A stretch of DNA of 64,000 nucleotides, taken from contig JBGCFP010000032.1 of assembly GCA_045107005.1 (NCBI GenBank), forward strand, positions 15,525 through 79,524. The letters run 5' to 3'. Source of the stretch: Gammaproteobacteria bacterium. Its GTDB lineage: Bacteria > Pseudomonadota > Gammaproteobacteria > Steroidobacterales > JBCCMA01. The notes under the pieces were generated by a model. It ran no database searches and was not told the origin of the DNA. It saw only the letters and a program-made list of their open reading frames with translations. How positions within the stretch are numbered: the stretch's first letter is position 1; each line of letters starts with the position of its first letter. Of the stretch, positions 50,220-59,208 are shown one piece after another. The position numbers and the translations under genes are program-made.

Positions 50220-51053
50220 TCAGTGCATTTCCTCGCCGCCGCTGACGTTAATGGCGTCGCCATTGATGTAGCACGCTTCGTCGGAACACAAAAAGGCAAC
50301 GGCATTGGCGGTGTCGCTTACCAGGCCAACGCGACCTAACGGGTTGCGCGCGCGAATATCCGCGCGGTATTCCTCGACCGTCTTGCCGCGAAACTTTGCG
50401 AAGTATTCATTTTGCTCGGCGCCCAGGCCCGTCGTGACGTGGTTCGGACAGACCGCGTTGACGGTAATATTGTGCGCGCCCAATTCCAGCGCGCTAGTGC
50501 GCGTCAGACCGATCATGCCGTGTTTCGACGCGATGTAAGCGGCCAGATGGGGGAAGCCGGTCTTGGCACCCTGGCTGGCAATATTGACAACGCGACCGCC
50601 ATCGCCCTGTTCGATCATGACTTTGGCCGCATGCTTGGTGGTCAGAAACGACCCCATCAAATTCACGTCGAGGACGGCTTGCCACTCGGAGCGCGACACG
50701 TCCACCAGAGGCTTGAGCACGTAGCCGATGCCCGCGTTGTTAATTAGCATATCGATGCGACCGAGTTGATCGCGTGTGATCGCCATCATCTGGGCGACTT
50801 GATCTTCATCCCGCACGTCGCAGGCCACCGGGATCGCGTTCACGCCGGTGTCGCGCGATATGGCGTCGGCGATGCTCGTGATCTCGCGCGTCGTGCCCAC
50901 CTTGTTTTCCGGCATGTGCTCGGCCGCTTGCCCGATGTCGCTGATCACGACGTCGCAGCCGCTCTGGGCCAGTCGTCGCGCGATGCCTTGACCCAAACCC
51001 TGCTTGCGCCCCGCGCCGGTAATGATCGCGACTTTCCCTTTTAAACTGCTCAT
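50220..51053 (-). CDS. Short-chain dehydrogenase/reductase
   Basis: TGAG...GLG, NNAG, NIAS, YIASK, VNAVCP. Confidence 0.93.
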   Translation of the reverse strand: MSSLKGKVAIITGAGRKQGLGQGIARRLAQSGCDVVISDIGQAAEHMPENKVGTTREITSIADAISRDTGVNAIPVACDVRDEDQVAQMMAITRDQLGRIDMLINNAGIGYVLKPLVDVSRSEWQAVLDVNLMGSFLTTKHAAKVMIEQGDGGRVVNIASQGAKTGFPHLAAYIASKHGMIGLTRTSALELGAHNITVNAVCPNHVTTGLGAEQNEYFAKFRGKTVEEYRADIRARNPLGRVGLVSDTANAVAFLCSDEACYINGDAINVSGGEEMH

Positions 51054-51063
51054 GCTGATCGCC

Positions 51064-51375
51064 TCACTCGATGTCGCTGATCAGAATAAACTGCGGCTGG
51101 TCGGCATAGCCCTGGAACGCCTTGACCACCGCCTGCATTTCATCCGTCTGGGCGTCGGCGCCAAGTTCGGGCACGCTGCTCACTTCGAGCCATTCGGCGT
51201 ATTGATAGGGTGGCGCGTCCTCGGAGCCCATGAGACCGTCAGCGCGATATACGTCGAAGCGCGACACGGCGTTCAGGCCCCGAGCGGTCGGCAGATCCTT
51301 CTCGCGTGCCCAGGTTTCGTACTCGGCAATGTCAACGCCGTCTTTAAGATTGAACAGGACCAGTATTTTTTGCAT
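51064..51375 (-). CDS. HapK/RedY-like (EthD-like dimeric barrel) protein
   Basis: VLFNLKDGVD..EYE.WA...DLP, PYQY.E pattern, 103 aa. Confidence 0.7.
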   Translation of the reverse strand: MQKILVLFNLKDGVDIAEYETWAREKDLPTARGLNAVSRFDVYRADGLMGSEDAPPYQYAEWLEVSSVPELGADAQTDEMQAVVKAFQGYADQPQFILISDIE

Positions 51376-51387
51376 TCGCTTGCTCCA

Positions 51388-53364
51388 TTAAAGTGTGTTG
51401 CCGACCGAATGGCCCATGGCCGTGGCCGCCAGTAACGTGTCGGGGGTGTGGCAATCGCCGACGCGCTTAACCGTTGCACCCGCTGCGAGCAGCGGCTCGG
51501 CGAGCTGATCGTCCGGTCGACGCGGCGTTGAGTAAGTGACCAGCGCCACGTCATCAATGGGCGTCTCGTTGCCGGTGTACAGATTGCGCGCCATCGCGAC
51601 GCCGTCTTCAAGTCCGCCGATGTCGCCAAACTCACAGAACGGCAGAATCTCGATGCCGCGCTCGTTCAGTCGCCGATAAATGCCCTGGCGCATGACCAGC
51701 GCTTCTTGCTGGGCGACGGTTTCGCGCGGCGTCATCAGCACGACGCGATCAAACAGAGCGCTCAGGCGCTCGGCCGCCATGTAAGTGCCGTGCGTGTGAT
51801 CCTGGTCAAACAGAACGGCCGTGCCACCCTGAGGTTCGTTGTAGTCGAGCAGTTCGCGCATCAGCGAACGCAAATCCATGATGAAACCCTCTTCGCGAAG
51901 CGCATCAGGGAGCTGGCGCGGCCACATCATGCTGGCGCCGGTGGCGAGCACCACGGTCTCGGGGGTTAGGTCCAGCACGTCGTGTTCGCTCACTTGGCCA
52001 CGTACCTGCAGTTCCAGCCCGGCGCGCTGCGCGGCTTGCAGCTGGTAGTCGTAAACGCTGCTCAGGTTCTCGCCGCCGGGCAGCAGCGCTTGCAGTGACG
52101 TTTTTCCGCCGACTTGCTCGCTGCGAGCGAGCAGCGTGACCTCGTGCCCGCGGGCGGCCGCAATCCAGGCGGCTTCCATGCCGGCGACGCCGCTGCCGAC
52201 AACAACGACGCGCTTGGTTTGTTTGGTTGGTGCCGGCCACCAGTCGGCCTCAATGGTCATCCCGACGCGCGGGTTGTTGTCGCAGGCAATCGGCAAGCCG
52301 TCACGAATGATGGTGGCCCAGCAGGTGTTGCACGACACGCAGTAGCGAATCTCCGCGGCGCGACCGGCGCGCGCTTTGTTGGGCCACGCCGGGTCGGTGA
52401 CCAGTGGGCGACCCAGACCAACGAGTTCGGCATCGCCCTCTTCAATCAGCCGCTCTGCCTCAGCCGGGTCGGTGATCAGACCGAGCGCCATCAGCGGAAC
52501 GTCGCCGGCGCTTTGGCGCATGGCGCGGGTAATGTCGGCGAAAGGCACGCGGGGGCCGTGCATGTCCGGCACGTGACGATCAAGCCATGGCGAGTGTGAG
52601 CCCTGCGCGTGACAGAAATAGGAAAACAGTTCGGGCTTCGCCAGCTCGGCCGTAAAACGCTGCGCTTCCTCTATATCAATGCTGCCCGGTACGCTGTCGA
52701 CGCCCGGCAACTTCAATCCGATAATGAAGTTCTCGCCACAGCGCGCACGAATGCGCGTGCCCAGTTCGGTGATGACGCGCGTGCGCCGCGCGACGTCGCC
52801 GCCCCAGTCGTCGTCGCGCAGATTGCACCACGGTGACAGGAACTGGTGAAACAGATGGCCATGACCGGCCGACAGTTCCACGCCGCTGAAGCCGGCGTCT
52901 TGCAGGGCATCAGCCGCTTTCGCAAAACGCTCGATCAGATCGTCGATGGCTTCGCTGGCAAGAGCGCGCGGGACGGTCCAGCTCAGATCGTCGGGCAATA
53001 CCGACGGAGCGATCGCGTAAGGATGCTTGCCGGCTTCATGTCGGCCGCGACCGGAATCCTGGAGCTGGCCGAGGATTCGACAGCCCGCGTCCTCGACCAC
53101 GCTCGCCCATCGCTTGAGGCCGCTGCTGTCCTTGAATACGTTCACTTTGTACGGCTGGTGATGCCAGGGCTGCACCGCAAGCGGCTCCGTGACGATCAGG
53201 CCAGCGCCGCCTTCGGCGCGGTTGCGATGGTAGTTGATCAGCGACTCGGAAACCGCCTGATTGCGTCCCATCTTGGTGGTCATCGACGCGTGGGCCACTC
53301 GGTTGCGCACGCGCACACCGTGCAGATCCAGCGGCGCAAACAGCGCCTCGCAGGGCGTACTCAC
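51388..53364 (-). CDS. NADH:flavin oxidoreductase (OYE barrel + 4Fe-4S + FAD domain; FadH/BaiCD architecture)
   Basis: VRNRV, RAEGGAGLI, GHGHLFHQFLSP..N.R.D.WGG, CVSCNTC, GSGVAG; GTG 53364 overlaps upstream stop. Confidence 0.9.
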   Translation of the reverse strand: MSTPCEALFAPLDLHGVRVRNRVAHASMTTKMGRNQAVSESLINYHRNRAEGGAGLIVTEPLAVQPWHHQPYKVNVFKDSSGLKRWASVVEDAGCRILGQLQDSGRGRHEAGKHPYAIAPSVLPDDLSWTVPRALASEAIDDLIERFAKAADALQDAGFSGVELSAGHGHLFHQFLSPWCNLRDDDWGGDVARRTRVITELGTRIRARCGENFIIGLKLPGVDSVPGSIDIEEAQRFTAELAKPELFSYFCHAQGSHSPWLDRHVPDMHGPRVPFADITRAMRQSAGDVPLMALGLITDPAEAERLIEEGDAELVGLGRPLVTDPAWPNKARAGRAAEIRYCVSCNTCWATIIRDGLPIACDNNPRVGMTIEADWWPAPTKQTKRVVVVGSGVAGMEAAWIAAARGHEVTLLARSEQVGGKTSLQALLPGGENLSSVYDYQLQAAQRAGLELQVRGQVSEHDVLDLTPETVVLATGASMMWPRQLPDALREEGFIMDLRSLMRELLDYNEPQGGTAVLFDQDHTHGTYMAAERLSALFDRVVLMTPRETVAQQEALVMRQGIYRRLNERGIEILPFCEFGDIGGLEDGVAMARNLYTGNETPIDDVALVTYSTPRRPDDQLAEPLLAAGATVKRVGDCHTPDTLLAATAMGHSVGNTL

Positions 53365-54014
53365 GCGGGTTTGACGACACCAAAGTAGGTGGCCATCAAT
53401 ACGCAAATATAGATGCCGATGACCCACCAGTAGACCGGCGCAATCGCTTTGCTGTACAACGCGTCGCGCTCGGGCGTCGCGCCGTTGGTCATGATGTCAG
53501 TGAACGCGATGACGGCGGGTTTGAACGTGATGTCCAGCGCGATGCCGCACACGAGCACCAGCGCGATCGCAACGATTTTCATGCTCAACCACAACGGCGC
53601 CGTGCCCCACAGCGTGAACGCCGCGTAGCCAAGCGCGAGCACCAGAATAATGTGCAGCGCGAAATTCACCTTGTGCGACAACGCCTCGACGGCGGATTGC
53701 GGTTTGAGAAAGCCTGCCCACATGATGGCGGCCCACACCAACGCGGCAGCCCAAATGCCGAGCAGCGCGCCGCTGCCCAGTGACACCATGCCCAGGTTGT
53801 TTGCGAGCGTGAAGCCGCTCGGCAATATCAGGATCACGGCTGTACGGGGCAGTCGATCGAGCACCATGCCCAACTGCATCAGCGACCCGCGCGTCTCGAC
53901 GCTCAGCTCGCCGCGCTCCGACATTTTTGCCGCGAGAAAAACGCCCAGGTCTGTGCCCAGCCAGAACACCAGCAACAGAATGTGAAAAAGAACCATGTAA
54001 GAATGCGTAGCCAT
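53361..54014 (-). CDS. Integral membrane hypothetical protein (~6 TM)
   Basis: Multiple hydrophobic segments, ggag RBS, coupled to the OYE gene. Confidence 0.75.
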   Translation of the reverse strand: MATHSYMVLFHILLLVFWLGTDLGVFLAAKMSERGELSVETRGSLMQLGMVLDRLPRTAVILILPSGFTLANNLGMVSLGSGALLGIWAAALVWAAIMWAGFLKPQSAVEALSHKVNFALHIILVLALGYAAFTLWGTAPLWLSMKIVAIALVLVCGIALDITFKPAVIAFTDIMTNGATPERDALYSKAIAPVYWWVIGIYICVLMATYFGVVKPA

Positions 54015-54053
54015 GCAAAAGCTCCGGAAATGAAAGGGGAAGCGGCTCGTCGA

Positions 54054-54332
54054 CTATTTGGTGATGTTCTGGCCTGCTTCGAGTACGCGCCGAATCAGTT
54101 TATCTCGTTGCGCGTCCCAGTCCGCTTCAAGTTCCGGTGTTGGCTCAAAGTTGTCAATGTCTTCCGTGGTCAGAATGTTGCGCTCGGTCAGTAAAGCTTC
54201 AATGGTCAGCAGGCGTTCCTTAACGGCCCAGTGTTCCGCCATCAGACGTGCCATTCGGGCGAGCAAGCGATCGAGTTCCGGATCGGAGTAGAACCCTTTG
54301 CGACCGCCTTTGACTTCTCTGCTCAGCGCCAT
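54054..54332 (-). CDS. Small helical hypothetical protein
   Basis: 92-aa ORF 3 bp downstream of the methyltransferase, same strand. Confidence 0.72.
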   Translation of the reverse strand: MALSREVKGGRKGFYSDPELDRLLARMARLMAEHWAVKERLLTIEALLTERNILTTEDIDNFEPTPELEADWDAQRDKLIRRVLEAGQNITK

Positions 54333-54335
54333 GTC

Positions 54336-55532
54336 TTAACCCTTTGCCTTGCGCGCGCCGAAGCCGTACCACTGGATGCTGTCGGCCAGCCGCCCGGTGT
54401 TTTCATCAAACTCGACCGGACCGGACACGGCCTGCACGAAGGTCTCTTCGTCGATGTAGGTATAGCGCGGCATGACGGCTTCAAAAAAGGTGTCAGCGTC
54501 GAAGCCCGCGTCCAGGCACAGTGCGCGGTAACTCTGGTCACGAAACCCTTTATAGAAAGGTTCGTTGTTGTAGTAGCAGTCCCAGTCCAGATAAAACGCG
54601 TCGTACGGGCCGAGGTTTTCGTTCGGCGGCAATTCCATGTTGAGCATGACGCCGCCTGGCTTTAGGATGCGGCGCGCTTCGCGCATGTATGCGTCGATGG
54701 CGTCCTTGGGCAGCTCGTGCAGGAACATCGAGCTGAACACGATATCGGCGCTGTTGTCGTCGAAGTTCAGCATCTCGGCTTTCGCCTGATGGAAGTGCAC
54801 GGTGACGCCCATCGCCTGTGCTCGCGCATGAGCGTAACGTACGCAGGACGCGGCCACGTCGACGCCGTGCACCTCGGCGTCGGGATAGGTTTGCTTCCAC
54901 GGCAGTGTGTTGTGACCGATGGAGCAACCGACGTCGACAATGACTTGTGGCTTGTCGTTCGGGTTGCGCGCCTGGTAATACTTGGCCATGGACCAGCCGA
55001 TGTCGTTCAGGCGACGACCCATCATGCCAAACGCGAACACGTTCAAGCCCTGATCGTACACAGCACCGGCGCTCAGCGAGTCGTCGCTGCCGCCGTAATT
55101 GCCCGGCATCAAATGCACGTCAACCGCGTTGACGTAGGCGGGAATATCCAACTCCGGATCCAGTGACAGCGTGCCTTGGGCGCGTGACTGATCCGACGTC
55201 ATTTGTTCAAACTTGGCATCCAGCGTGTCGCCATGCTGCTCGATGTTGTCCATCACCGTGTCCCACACCAGTTCCTGGGTGGCACAGCGCAAACTGCTGT
55301 AGCGCTTGAAGGTGTCGCTGTCGCGGATGGCCCGATGCACAGCCCAACCATCTTTGGGCGTCGTGGCGTCGTCCTTGGTGAGTTCGGGTTCTATGTTCTG
55401 CTCGTAGTCGGTACGCATCTGCGTGGCCACGTCCGTTAGCACATAGGCACGCAGCCCCGATACAAAACGAGCCCGAGCCAGATCGTCGCGACTTTTTGGC
55501 AGGTCCATATCGTGATGCAAGCTTTTTTCCAT
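54336..55532 (-). CDS. Class I SAM-dependent methyltransferase-fold protein with long N-terminal extension
   Basis: VDVGCSIG motif I, HGVDV, DIVFSSMFLHE, ILKPGG; gagg RBS before ATG 55532. Confidence 0.87.
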   Translation of the reverse strand: MEKSLHHDMDLPKSRDDLARARFVSGLRAYVLTDVATQMRTDYEQNIEPELTKDDATTPKDGWAVHRAIRDSDTFKRYSSLRCATQELVWDTVMDNIEQHGDTLDAKFEQMTSDQSRAQGTLSLDPELDIPAYVNAVDVHLMPGNYGGSDDSLSAGAVYDQGLNVFAFGMMGRRLNDIGWSMAKYYQARNPNDKPQVIVDVGCSIGHNTLPWKQTYPDAEVHGVDVAASCVRYAHARAQAMGVTVHFHQAKAEMLNFDDNSADIVFSSMFLHELPKDAIDAYMREARRILKPGGVMLNMELPPNENLGPYDAFYLDWDCYYNNEPFYKGFRDQSYRALCLDAGFDADTFFEAVMPRYTYIDEETFVQAVSGPVEFDENTGRLADSIQWYGFGARKAKG

Positions 55533-55585
55533 GATCCTCACTCTTCAAATGCTGCCGGCAGGGTGCACGCCGCGCTCTGTTCGTA

Positions 55586-55607
55586 AATGTTATAGCACTA
55601 TAACATT
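55586..55607. promoter_or_regulatory. Palindromic operator AATGTTAT-N6-ATAACATT, copy 2
   Basis: aatgttatag ca ctataacatt (10-bp perfect arms) about 55 bp upstream of the methyltransferase operon. Confidence 0.8.
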
Positions 55608-55826
55608 CAGATCGCGAAACACGGCGCTACGGATGAGCGGAAGGTGGACCTTCTTGTTGTCGCTGCACGCCCGATCCGGGCGTTAACGGTTCGCTTGACA
55701 TAACTTGGAATCAGTCTAGCCGGTATTCCGCGCCACGGTCGATGCGAATTGGCCACCGGCTGATTCGCTGATTACACTTTGGCATTACCAACGTGTCGCG
55801 TCTAAATTCAGTTCGTTAGGGAAACG

Positions 55827-56537
55827 ATGCACGAGTCTGCCGAGCTTTTGGTCTATGACGAAGTCGGTCCGTGTCCGTATCTCGCGGGTCGAGAAGCGCG
55901 CATGCCTCTGCGCCAACCGGTCGCCAGGCTAACCGGCGAGCAGTTCGATCAGCGCCTCGCGGCGGGCGATCGGCGAACCGGTCCGTTCTTGTATCGCACC
56001 ACCTGTCCAAGCTGCCAGGCTTGCGTGCCCATGCGCGTGCCGGTAACAGATTTCCAGCCGAACCGTTCTCAGCGTCGCGCCTTGCGCCGTGGCGATCAGG
56101 AAATTGTCATACAGGTGCGCCGGCCCATCGCCGATGCGCGTCGCGCCGAACTCTACAATCGGCACAGTCATGAACGCGGGTTGGGCGTGGGGCAGTTGCC
56201 CGTATCCGTCGACGACTATCGAAAATTTCTGGTCAGTTCGTGTTGCGATACGGTCGAGTTGAGCTACTTGGTTGATGGAACGCTGGTCGCGGTGGCCATA
56301 GTGGATCGCGGTGCGGCCGCAATCTCGGCCGTGTACTGCTGCTTCGATCCGGACTACTCGAAATTCAGCTTGGGCGTGTATTCGATTTTGACCCAGATTC
56401 GTTTGGCGCAGCGATGGCGGATGGACTACGTGTATTTGGGGTTGTACATCGAGCAGTCGCCGCACATGAATTACAAGGCCCTCTATCGGCCGCATGAGTT
56501 TTTGATTGACGGGCAGTGGCGTCGTTCGGATGACTAA
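55827..56537 (+). CDS. bpt: Arginyl-tRNA-protein transferase family (bacterial Asp/Glu leucyltransferase)
   Basis: CPYL, GDRRTG..YR..C..C..C.P.R, SAVY..FDPD, SLG, YVYLG, MNYK..YRP. Confidence 0.87.
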   Translation: MHESAELLVYDEVGPCPYLAGREARMPLRQPVARLTGEQFDQRLAAGDRRTGPFLYRTTCPSCQACVPMRVPVTDFQPNRSQRRALRRGDQEIVIQVRRPIADARRAELYNRHSHERGLGVGQLPVSVDDYRKFLVSSCCDTVELSYLVDGTLVAVAIVDRGAAAISAVYCCFDPDYSKFSLGVYSILTQIRLAQRWRMDYVYLGLYIEQSPHMNYKALYRPHEFLIDGQWRRSDD

Positions 56538-56575
56538 AACGAAAAATGCCCCACGACGCTGAGCGTCGTGGGGCA
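56536..56575 (-). terminator. Terminator for the VPLPA-CTERM gene
   Basis: tgccccacgacgct-g-agcgtcgtggggca hairpin preceded on + strand by aaaacgaaaaa. Confidence 0.85.
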
Positions 56576-56599
56576 CTGTTTACCCGTTGCGAGCTGTGA

Positions 56600-57526
56600 T
56601 CAGACGGCTTTGCGACGTCGACCAAACAGACCAAGTGCGGTCAAACCAGTCAGCAGCAGCGGCAGTGCTGCAGGCACAGGGACTGGCGTAAAGGCTTCGA
56701 TAAAGCGGGCGCTAACGCCGTCACGCACGACGGTGTTGGTGCAAGTCGCCATGTCGATGGAGGTCACGCCACTGCCGTTGGTGGCCAGCACTTGACCGTT
56801 GCCAAGGCCGTAGACGCCGCGAGCACCGCTCAATCCGCACTCGCTGACAATGTTGCCCATCATGTCGAATTCGCGCACCGCGTTGAGCAGGAAATCGGCG
56901 TAGATCATGTTGCCGTTGTCCAGCTGCTCAATTTGTTCCGGAAACGGTGTGCCGGTCAGAACGTTGCGCACAAACGAGCCGTTCTCGTCGAACAGGGCGA
57001 TGTTGTCTGAGTTGATGCCGCCAACCAGCGCTTCGCCGGTGTCGAGGAAAAAGATATCGAACGGGCTTTCCAGATTGCCGACGTTTGGTTCGATGAAATT
57101 GCCGAGAAAGGCTCCGGTCGCCGGATCGAATCTGGCAATCGCACTGCCGTTACTGCCGCCGCCAACCGTGGCAAACAGCACGCCGTCGCGAAACGTGATG
57201 CCGCGGACGTTATCCAGCACGTTCGTGTCGGTTGGATTTGGAAAGCTACGCAACAGGTCGCCTGACTGGCTGAACACCGAGATGTCGTCGCCAATCTGAT
57301 CCGATACGTAAATGTTGCCATCGTCACCCTGCACCGCATTGATTGGTGTGGACAGCGAGGCTTGCGGCCCGATTAGATCGCCCATGTAGCTGCCGTCGAG
57401 CGCTGAGTACATACCGACGGTGTCATTGGACGATTCCGGAATAAGCAGAACGGTCGCGGCTTGCGCGGTGGCTGAGCCTAACAGGCATACGGCCAACGCA
57501 GCCTTTATTGCAATGTTTTTGAACAT
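56600..57526 (-). CDS. VPLPA-CTERM (PEP-CTERM-type) surface protein with beta-propeller-like repeats
   Basis: Signal peptide; DGNIYVSD-type repeats; C-terminal VPVPAALPLL...GRRRKAV sorting signal. Confidence 0.87.
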   Translation of the reverse strand: MFKNIAIKAALAVCLLGSATAQAATVLLIPESSNDTVGMYSALDGSYMGDLIGPQASLSTPINAVQGDDGNIYVSDQIGDDISVFSQSGDLLRSFPNPTDTNVLDNVRGITFRDGVLFATVGGGSNGSAIARFDPATGAFLGNFIEPNVGNLESPFDIFFLDTGEALVGGINSDNIALFDENGSFVRNVLTGTPFPEQIEQLDNGNMIYADFLLNAVREFDMMGNIVSECGLSGARGVYGLGNGQVLATNGSGVTSIDMATCTNTVVRDGVSARFIEAFTPVPVPAALPLLLTGLTALGLFGRRRKAV

Positions 57527-57747
57527 GCAGATCTCCCTAAATTATTTTTATCCCCGAAATGAGTCTACCAACTGGGGAGAGCTTGGCAAATTGACGGGTG
57601 CAGGGAACGCATTGGGCCACCAAGGTAAGCGCTGTCATTGGTTCAGCCTGAGGCTTTAGAGTGAAACCAGAGTCGCTGTTGCTTGGCTTGGGTTGCGCGG
57701 TATGCATTGGCCGGCGCCACCAGATGATCCGGTGGGCGTGCCTTGTT

Positions 57748-58386
57748 TTAAACGCTGCCTTCGGATTCGATCACCAAAACCCGCGCTTCGCCCACCGGAT
57801 GCGCGACGTGTTCGGTGCCCACGGTTGCAAAGAAAATATCGCCGACCTGCATGCGTTTCACTTTCTCAATTTTTTCTTCCCGGTAGTGCATGTCGACGGC
57901 GCCGTCGAGAACCACGAACACCTCTTCGCCATCATTTGCTTTGTATTGAGACTCTACGTACTCAAACACATGATTCTGAAAAAAAGCGAGATGCTCATGA
58001 GCCCTTCCCGTGGCGTGCTTGTAGTCCGTTCCCGTGTATTTGTTGGGCATGTAGTCTCGCATGCGACTTTGTTGTATCGGTATGCCCGTGTCCCAGGAAA
58101 CGCCCACGAGTATTGCGTCGCTGATCAGATATTCAATCGAGCCTGAAATGATCTCGATGTGCCAACGTGCATCCGCGATGTAGATCACCGGATGGGTCTT
58201 GTCGCCGTCGGGCGCGTAGTCTTCCGGTAGCTTTATATAGAGTTCGTATTCACGGCCGGTTGCTTTGTCTTCAACTGGCACAACCTGAATTGCGGGGATT
58301 TGAAACGGTTTGGCTTGTGCCATTGCGCCGCAGGACGCACACAATGACATCAACACCGCGAACAATACGTATTGCCTGATAGTCAT
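57748..58386 (-). pseudogene. Chimeric ORF: 5' half of an IroE-like esterase fused in frame to the 3' part of a small cupin
   Basis: REYELYIKLPEDY...HPVIY..DA...RMRDY.P stops before GxSxG, then NDGEEVFVVLDG...EHVAHP. Confidence 0.65.
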
Positions 58387-58420
58387 GCACCATATTCCGA
58401 TAATGAGTTGTTCTCGTCTG

Positions 58421-58642
58421 ATGCGCGATGAAGTGGACGTCGAGCCTGGCGATCAGGTTGAATGCGGTGATCGTCTGGGTTTGATCGCCAGCTCTGGCCG
58501 ATCGTCCGCGCCCCATTTGCATTTTGACGTTACGCGCGAGGGTTTGGACGCGTGGGTCGATCCGTTTGACGCGGGTTCCGGTGAATCACTGTGGGTTGAG
58601 CCGTCGCTTCCCGGGCTTCTGCCTGGAGCGGTCTGCGAGTAG
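58421..58642 (+). pseudogene. C-terminal fragment of an M23 peptidase
   Basis: V.PGDQV..G..LG...SSGRSSAPHLHF...VDP; HxxxD motif absent. Confidence 0.65.
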
Positions 58643-58744
58643 GTTACGCGTTTCAAAGTGCCGGGCGCAAAATGAGCCGAGCATTGGTCCGGGTGATGCC
58701 TTTACTGGAGTCGTCGTCGGGGCAGCATCCAGTTTGTGTCCGGA

Positions 58745-59122
58745 CTACGCATCACCGTGACTTTCATCTCGAGCCTGCTTCTGTCCAAGCTCCTCGACGC
58801 GACGTACCAGGGCTTCATCACGACGTGTCTCATCAATGCGTCGCTGCTCAGTTTGGATGCGCCCGGTATCCAGCTCAAAAAATCGATTTGGGCCCAAACC
58901 AATCAAATTGGCAACCCCGCTTGCGAGTACCTTGATCAAGGTATGCAGTACGATCCAAAGCCAGAAGAAACTCAGGCCGACTTCCAATGTGACGGGGAGT
59001 GGAGGCGGAAAGTCTAACCACCGAAGACCCACATCCAGGCTAAGGATGATCGATATAAGAACTACCAGCTTGTTCGAGAACGCACTCAACCGCAAATACG
59101 GGTGTACCTTCGAATTATCCAT
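58745..59122 (-). CDS. Hypothetical membrane protein, cassette-like, possibly 3'-rearranged
   Basis: Two TM segments; ATG about 12 nt after a GTT core-like site; abrupt switch to a charged tail. Confidence 0.45.
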   Translation of the reverse strand: MDNSKVHPYLRLSAFSNKLVVLISIILSLDVGLRWLDFPPPLPVTLEVGLSFFWLWIVLHTLIKVLASGVANLIGLGPNRFFELDTGRIQTEQRRIDETRRDEALVRRVEELGQKQARDESHGDA

Positions 59123-59133
59123 GGCGCGTCTGC

Positions 59134-59162
59134 CAATAACGCCCAGCCGTAACCGGGGCAGG
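59134..59162 (-). mobile_element. Partial attC-like site (L'/R' arm only)
   Basis: Minus strand cctgccccggttacggctgggcGTTATTG just before the next ATG; partner arm not found. Confidence 0.35.
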
Positions 59163-59208
59163 TCTGATGTTTTTTGGTGACGTTTTTTTCATGTGAGTCT
59201 TTTGATAT

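Noticed and set aside
55695-55725. TTGACA upstream of bpt
   Set aside because: No convincing -10 element at 16-18 bp spacing
58363-58374. Perfect palindrome caatacgtattg
   Set aside because: Inside a signal-peptide coding region; plausibly chance
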